Positions 26,837-32,000 of a DNA stretch of 32,000 bases are shown here, piece by piece. The notes below the pieces were generated by a model that saw nothing but the letters and a program-made list of their open reading frames with translations, was not told the DNA's origin and did not search any database. The position numbers and the translations under genes are program-made. Origin of the DNA: Candidatus Hermodarchaeota archaeon (GTDB taxonomy: Archaea > Asgardarchaeota > Heimdallarchaeia > Hodarchaeales > Hodarchaeaceae). Position 1 is the first letter of the stretch. Every line of letters starts with the position of its first letter. The stretch covers positions 30,001 through 62,000 of the forward strand of contig JBHLKY010000007.1 in assembly GCA_048886185.1 (NCBI GenBank), read 5' to 3'.

Positions 26837-27997
26837 ATGGCAGAAGCGCATATTAGAATAAAGAACTTGACTAAACGTTTCGGTAAGCTTTATGCCATAC
26901 AAGATGTAAATTTAGAAGTAGAGCATGGTGAATATATAGTAATTTTAGGGCCCACTGGTGCTGGAAAAACGACTCTTCTTAAGCTAATTGCAGGTTTAGT
27001 TAAACCAACATCAGGGGAAATTTTTAAAAATGGTGAACTACTGAATAATATCCCTCCTGAAAAACGAAATCTAGCTTATCTTCCTCAAACCGAAGATTAT
27101 TCTCTTTTTCCGTATATGTCCGTATGGGAAAATACAATTTTCTCCCCTAAAATGAAAGGTAATAAATCATGGGAAGAAATAGTCTCATTAGGGGATGAAA
27201 TCCTTGATCTTGTCAATTTACGGACTCGTTACAATGCTTATCCTCACGAGCTCAGTGGAGGGATGAAACAACGTGTAGCTTTAGCCCGAGCAATAGTTGC
27301 TGATGCAGATATTTTCTTATTGGATGAACCACTAAGAGCTCTTGATGCAAGGTTACGAATTCGAATTCGAACTGAGATCCGAAAATTAGTTACTGATCTC
27401 GGTAAGACAACCTTTCATGTAACCCACGATCAGAATGAGGCATTAGCAGTTGCTGATAGAGTTTTAATTCTAAATATGGGGAAAATTGTGCAGTTTGACA
27501 TTCCAGAAAAAATATATTCTCACCCTTCGACTATTTTTTCGTCATATTTCTTTGGTACGACGAATTTGATACCTGCAACAAGAAAACAAAGCGATAATGG
27601 ATTAGTATGCCAAGTGGGGGAATATAATTTGACAATTCGGGAAAAAAATGATATTGGTAAGTCAACCGATCATAAAGAAATACCAAATGGTGAAGTTGTT
27701 CTTTCAATCAAGGCAGATCAAATTTCTGTAAGATCTCTCAAAGAACTCGAACCAAAAACACAATCTGGGGTTAATATTCTCGATGGAGTAGTCGAACGGA
27801 GTTTCTTTCTAGGAAAATGGGCAAATCTTATTGTGAGGATTGAAAAGTTTGGTGAAAAAAGCCTGCATGTTATTATTCCCTCCTTAGATCTTCATGAGTT
27901 CAATCTTGATACAAGAGTTAGATTAGAAATCCCTTATGATGTGATATCTTGTTTTCATGAACCTTGGGACACAATTAAAAAATTGGAGATGATTTAA
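26837..27997 (+). CDS. ABC transporter ATP-binding protein (PotA/MalK-like, C-terminal TOBE-like region)
   Basis: Walker A GPTGAGKT, signature LSGGMKQR, Walker B IFLLDEP, H-loop VTHDQ. Confidence 0.93.
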   Translation: MAEAHIRIKNLTKRFGKLYAIQDVNLEVEHGEYIVILGPTGAGKTTLLKLIAGLVKPTSGEIFKNGELLNNIPPEKRNLAYLPQTEDYSLFPYMSVWENTIFSPKMKGNKSWEEIVSLGDEILDLVNLRTRYNAYPHELSGGMKQRVALARAIVADADIFLLDEPLRALDARLRIRIRTEIRKLVTDLGKTTFHVTHDQNEALAVADRVLILNMGKIVQFDIPEKIYSHPSTIFSSYFFGTTNLIPATRKQSDNGLVCQVGEYNLTIREKNDIGKSTDHKEIPNGEVVLSIKADQISVRSLKELEPKTQSGVNILDGVVERSFFLGKWANLIVRIEKFGEKSLHVIIPSLDLHEFNLDTRVRLEIPYDVISCFHEPWDTIKKLEMI

Positions 27998-29092
27998 GTG
28001 CCAAATGTTCAGTTAAAGGGTATTTCTAAGTATTTTGGACGAGTTAAGGCTCTGGAGGAAATTGATTTAGAGATTAGAGATGGGGAATATCTATCGATTC
28101 TAGGACCTTCCGGATGTGGGAAAACAACGTTAATAAATTGTATTACTGGAATCGTTGATCCTACTCATGGAAGCGTGTATATTGATGGGGTAAAAGTAAA
28201 TAATCTGCCTATCGAACGAAGAGAATTTGCTATGGTTTTTCAAAGCATCGCTATATTTCCACACATGACGGTTGAGCAAAATACAGCTTATGCACCTTTT
28301 GTTAAAGATATTTCAAAACAAAGACAAGCTGAAATAAGTGAGGAAATGCTCGCATTAGTCGATTTACTTGAACAAAAACAACTACATCCCCGTTCTTTAA
28401 GTGGTGGAGCAAGACAAAAGACCGCTGTTGCTAGAGCCCTCGCCAATAAGCAGAAGCTCTTGATTTTAGATGAGCCAATATCTGCATTGGATTACAAGGT
28501 TCGTGTTTCATTACGATATGAATTGCAAAAATTAGTAAAGAAATTAGGTTTAACGGCTATTCATATAACCCATGATCAGGAGGAGGCCATGGCAATCTCT
28601 GATCGTATCGTAATTATGAGAGCAGGTCAGATTGTAGAGATCGGAACCCCCCAACAACTTTATGTAAACCCTCGAACATTATTTTCAATGAATTTTGTTG
28701 GGGAGAGTAATTTTATAGAGGGAATGATTCAAAAGAAAATTACAGAAACATCTTATAGAATAGAGTTTAGAAATCATCAATATATTGACATTCAAGGCAA
28801 TGAACTAAATTTCAATTCTGGTGAAAGCATTATCTTGGCATTTCGTCCTGAATCGCCCAACATCAGCTTTCAGGATCAAAAAGATGCTTTAAGTGGAACA
28901 GTTCTTAAAAAAAGATTTAGAGGAGGATATATTAGATATGAAATTGAACTTCAAACTGAAGATGTCATTATTATTGATACACAAATTACTTTGGAAGAAA
29001 ACGAAAAGATATTTATCCAAATTGACCCCCATGAAGCACGCTTTTTTGCTGCTCCAGAATATGGTTTAAAGAAGGTATTAGCACTTGAATAG
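27998..29092 (+). CDS. second ABC transporter ATP-binding protein (PotA/MalK-like)
   Basis: GPSGCGKT, LSGGARQK, LLILDEP, ITHDQ. GTG start directly abuts the previous TAA. Confidence 0.93.
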   Translation: MPNVQLKGISKYFGRVKALEEIDLEIRDGEYLSILGPSGCGKTTLINCITGIVDPTHGSVYIDGVKVNNLPIERREFAMVFQSIAIFPHMTVEQNTAYAPFVKDISKQRQAEISEEMLALVDLLEQKQLHPRSLSGGARQKTAVARALANKQKLLILDEPISALDYKVRVSLRYELQKLVKKLGLTAIHITHDQEEAMAISDRIVIMRAGQIVEIGTPQQLYVNPRTLFSMNFVGESNFIEGMIQKKITETSYRIEFRNHQYIDIQGNELNFNSGESIILAFRPESPNISFQDQKDALSGTVLKKRFRGGYIRYEIELQTEDVIIIDTQITLEENEKIFIQIDPHEARFFAAPEYGLKKVLALE

Positions 29093-29789
29093 CAAACATG
29101 AAGAAAGCAGTCTCCTACACTGGTTTCGTCAACGTCGAAATCAGATTATTTTGGAGAGTATTGATTCACACAATGAGAAAATACTAGATACTCTAACTGC
29201 GTGTGAGGATTTAATAGAACACATGTCTAAACCCGAATTATCTAGAGTAGAAAAGCTATACAATCGAGTAAGCATGTTAGAACGGTCTGCAGATCACATA
29301 CAGGATGACCTAGCTAATGAAATAGCACGAGGAGTTCTTCCTCCTGAAATTCGTGAGAAACTATATCGACTTGTACGATTAGCTGATGCGACTGCAAATT
29401 GGACAAAGACGGCGAGTAAAAACATGGTCATGCTCGCAAAACTAGAAATAGATATGTCCCAATTTGAGGATCCGATATTAAATTATTTTACCGCAATAAA
29501 CAAACTTACAATAGAATCTGTTCGTGTTTTTCGAAAAATGTGTTCAGCTTTAGGGCGTGATGATCAAACTATAATTGCTAATAAACAAATTATAGAAGAT
29601 CGCGAACGAGAAGCTGATGAGGTGCACTTTAGAGCACGAGAAGAAATCTTGGGTCTTTCTGATAACTTTGGATATTCAGTTCACTTCCTTCTCCACGACA
29701 CAGCAAAAAATTTTGAAAATGCATCAGATGCCATAACTTCTGCAGCTGATGTCCTTTACACTATTGTATTACTAGGGACTCCCACTTAA
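29085..29789 (+). CDS. DUF47/PhoU-like phosphate transport regulator family protein
   Basis: Duplicated helical motifs 'LERSADHIQD' and 'REREADEV', plus 'ENASDAITSAAD'. TTG start overlaps the ATPase stop by 8 bp. Confidence 0.8.
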   Translation: MNSKHEESSLLHWFRQRRNQIILESIDSHNEKILDTLTACEDLIEHMSKPELSRVEKLYNRVSMLERSADHIQDDLANEIARGVLPPEIREKLYRLVRLADATANWTKTASKNMVMLAKLEIDMSQFEDPILNYFTAINKLTIESVRVFRKMCSALGRDDQTIIANKQIIEDREREADEVHFRAREEILGLSDNFGYSVHFLLHDTAKNFENASDAITSAADVLYTIVLLGTPT

Positions 29790-29862
29790 TGAAATACCTA
29801 CTTCTTGAGATATCCTTTATTGTCGAAAAATTTATCCATTTAGATAATGCATTTGTTAATAC

Positions 29863-30579
29863 ATGGAGTCACTAGATAAAAACATTATCATTACGGTTCT
29901 CACAGGAGCAGGCTTCTCCCAAGCTTCTGGAATTCCAACTTTCCGAGGAAAGAATGGACTCTGGAAGAACTACGATCCTTCTGATTTAGCTACTCCCAGT
30001 GCATTCGCAAGGGATCCTGAACTTGTGTGGGAATGGTACAAATGGCGTTTAAAGGTTGTTTTAAATGCAGCTCCCAATCCTGCGCATTTAATTCTAGCTG
30101 AAGTTGAGAAAAAAGGTTTTGATATAGTTATTTTAACTCAGAATGTAGATGATCTTCATGAAAGAGCGGGTTCTGGTAATGTTATTCATTTTCATGGAGA
30201 GATCCGTGAAGCAAGATGTGTCAGTTGTGGGAGAATGTTTACATGGACAATAGAACTCCTTTCTACTGTTGGTGATATCCCAAAATGTGAGACCTGTGGT
30301 TCATTCTATCGTCCTAATGTTGTGTGGTTTGGAGAGGGATTGGACAGAAAAGTAATTCAAACAAGTATTGATCGATTGTCTTCAACAGATATATTAATAG
30401 TAGCTGGGACATCAGGAGTGGTATATCCAGTAGCTGAGTTTCCATTCCTTGCTAAAAGCCAAAATCCCTTGGTAAAAATCTTTGAATTCAATCTCGATTA
30501 TACTCCAATTTCCAGTATCGCATCCCAAATATTTCTAGGTCCAGTAGAAAAAACACTTCCTAATTACTTTTCAAGCTGA
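29863..30579 (+). CDS. cobB: NAD-dependent protein deacylase (sirtuin, class III/CobB-like)
   Basis: 'TGAGFSQASGIPTFRG', 'TQNVDDLHERAG', 'HFHG', CxxC...CxxC zinc site, 'RPNVVWFGE', 'GTSGVVYP'. YxxR ('WEWYKWR') is the desuccinylase-type motif. Confidence 0.93.
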   Translation: MESLDKNIIITVLTGAGFSQASGIPTFRGKNGLWKNYDPSDLATPSAFARDPELVWEWYKWRLKVVLNAAPNPAHLILAEVEKKGFDIVILTQNVDDLHERAGSGNVIHFHGEIREARCVSCGRMFTWTIELLSTVGDIPKCETCGSFYRPNVVWFGEGLDRKVIQTSIDRLSSTDILIVAGTSGVVYPVAEFPFLAKSQNPLVKIFEFNLDYTPISSIASQIFLGPVEKTLPNYFSS

Positions 30580-30618
30580 CAACTCTGTATTTCAAATCAA
30601 AAAAAAAGGTAGAATGAA

Positions 30619-31254
30619 ATGGAGACTCTAAAAATCACCTAACTTGGCCAAGCAGGTTTTCTTTTACAAGAAAATACATCTTCTTTACTAGTTGATCCTG
30701 GTAACAAAAAATCTGGTGATATTCCTGGTGATTCTGTTTTTGTGACTCATAATCATTTTGATCATACAAGGGGAGTAGACCCTTTTTTGAAACGCAATCC
30801 CGAAGCTGCGCTTATTTGTAATGAGCAAGTAGCTAAGAGTTTTAAGAAATGGAGTGATCAGATAGTTCTTGTAGAACCAGGTGAAGAGATTCAGCATAAA
30901 ACTTGGAAACTGAAGTTTATAAAAGGACGTCACGGATTATTTTCTAGCGTTAAAAACACGGGAGTGATTGTTCGCACTTCAACTATAAGTTTTGGACATG
31001 CAGGGGATTCAGTTGATTTTAGCGGGGTTTCTCAAGAAAAATTGGATTATTTTGCAATCCCAATATGTGGAATCTTTGCTGCTTCTCCTAAGAAGGCTTT
31101 GAAGGAACTTGAACGATTTAAACAACCTTTACCTACCATAATTCCAATGCATTGGATTTGGAGAAATCCCCATGGTTTCTGTCATCAGTTTTCAACAGTT
31201 TTCCCTGAAGGTCAATGTGTTGTTCCAAAAAATGGTAATACTGTTCCTATATAG
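30619..31254 (+). pseudogene. MBL-fold hydrolase (UPF0173/UlaG-like) interrupted by an in-frame TAA at codon 8
   Basis: Reading frame METLKIT*LGQAGFLLQ...LVDPG...THNHFDH...GRHG...HAGDS...IPMHW. The TAA at 30640-30642 sits where W or Y occurs in the usual 'KIT(W/Y)LGH' motif. Confidence 0.75.
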
Positions 31255-32000
31255 TCACAGGTTTGTAGTCCAGAGTTTTTCTATAAATTCATTAAATTTT
31301 GTTAAATCTCCCTCTAGCGCAAGGGTAACTGCTTCAGCTTCCTTCTCAAAATAATATGCTATATTTGATAACAGAAATCTGTTTAATAGAGCTTTAATTG
31401 GTATGAGAACTGCTTGAGGTTTCTCGACTAGATTTTGGCAAAAGTCGAGCGTGACCTGTTCAAGATCATCGATGGCACAACGCTGTGAAACAAGTCCAAA
31501 TTGTTCAGCCTTATCGATTGAAATCCTCTCGGGTATCATAGTAATTTTTTTAGCTTGTCTTAAGCCAAAGTTAAACAAAGCTAGGGTTAATGCACCAGTT
31601 GCAGGAACGATCCCAAGATCTATTTCGTTGAGAGAGAAGAAAGTTTTTGGATTTTCTCCAGCTATCACAAAATCCGCAGCTAAGCATAAAATTGTCCCCC
31701 AAGCCACCGCTGGGCCTTGAACTTGAACAACAATTGGTTTTTTTGAACGCAACATTGTCAAAACGGTGTTATTTCCATATTGTAGTAATTTAGGAACTTC
31801 TTCAGGATTAAGTTGTGTTAACATGTTTAGATCCAATCCTCCTGTGAACGCTCGATCCCCAGAGGAATTTATTCGAATTACATTAACTTCAGGATCATCA
31901 TCAGCGGTTTTTACATATTTAATCAGGAGATTAAATTCCTTCATACGTAACGCGTTCATCTTTTTAGGGCGATTAATAGTTAATGTTGCAATATGTTCTT
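31255..32000 (-). CDS. enoyl-CoA hydratase/isomerase (crotonase) family protein, 5' end outside window
   Basis: Frame stays open to the window edge (EHIATLTINRPKKMNAL). Also 'AFTGGLDL', 'KKPIVVQVQG', 'NEIDLGIVP'. Confidence 0.9.
   Translation of the reverse strand, partial: EHIATLTINRPKKMNALRMKEFNLLIKYVKTADDDPEVNVIRINSSGDRAFTGGLDLNMLTQLNPEEVPKLLQYGNNTVLTMLRSKKPIVVQVQGPAVAWGTILCLAADFVIAGENPKTFFSLNEIDLGIVPATGALTLALFNFGLRQAKKITMIPERISIDKAEQFGLVSQRCAIDDLEQVTLDFCQNLVEKPQAVLIPIKALLNRFLLSNIAYYFEKEAEAVTLALEGDLTKFNEFIEKLWTTNL

Noticed and set aside
30640-30642. Stop-codon reassignment or Sec/Pyl recoding as the explanation for the in-frame stop
   Set aside because: The codon is TAA, which terminates many genes here, and no other gene in the window shows an internal stop.
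1024-31720. Numerous short ORFs in the track lying antisense or out of frame within longer genes (e.g. 1024-1332, 7304-7558, 11541-11828, 23795-24214, 25277-25561, 31451-31720)
   Set aside because: They are almost entirely nested in well-supported genes, lack motifs, and look like shadow ORFs.

Overview
AT-rich, gene-dense chromosomal window with about 27 CDSs and no recognisable rRNA, tRNA, CRISPR array or mobile element. It is most likely from an Asgard archaeon. This is an inference from a stand-alone longin-like protein, two proteins with PCI-type winged-helix domains, and archaeal-style housekeeping genes (RIO1 kinase, endonuclease IV, ADP-forming acyl-CoA synthetase plus DRTGG protein, oligo-T terminators). 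Left end (- strand): longin-like gene, then a three-gene acyl-CoA module (CoA-transferase-GNAT fusion, fused alpha/beta ADP-forming acyl-CoA synthetase, BioD/DRTGG protein), then a protein with two tandem [PCI-like wHTH + RING-like zinc finger] units. Middle (mostly + strand): a 41-aa zinc-finger ORF missed by the ORF track, endonuclease IV, a creatinase-like M24 hydrolase, a TPR protein, RIO1, an MBL hydrolase, three GNATs, a SagB-type nitroreductase, a PadR/HAAS-membrane pair, DinB and an acyl-CoA dehydrogenase. Right part: a 784-aa protein fusing a degenerate CofD-like domain to a C-terminal PCI domain, a DUF389 membrane protein, an ABC importer operon (fused permease, two ATPases, DUF47, no binding protein), a sirtuin, an MBL hydrolase interrupted by an in-frame TAA, and a 5'-truncated crotonase. 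The best candidates for undescribed biology are the two PCI-domain architectures and the reshuffled acyl-CoA/lysine-acetylation module. All family calls come from motif recognition by eye; no database searches were run.
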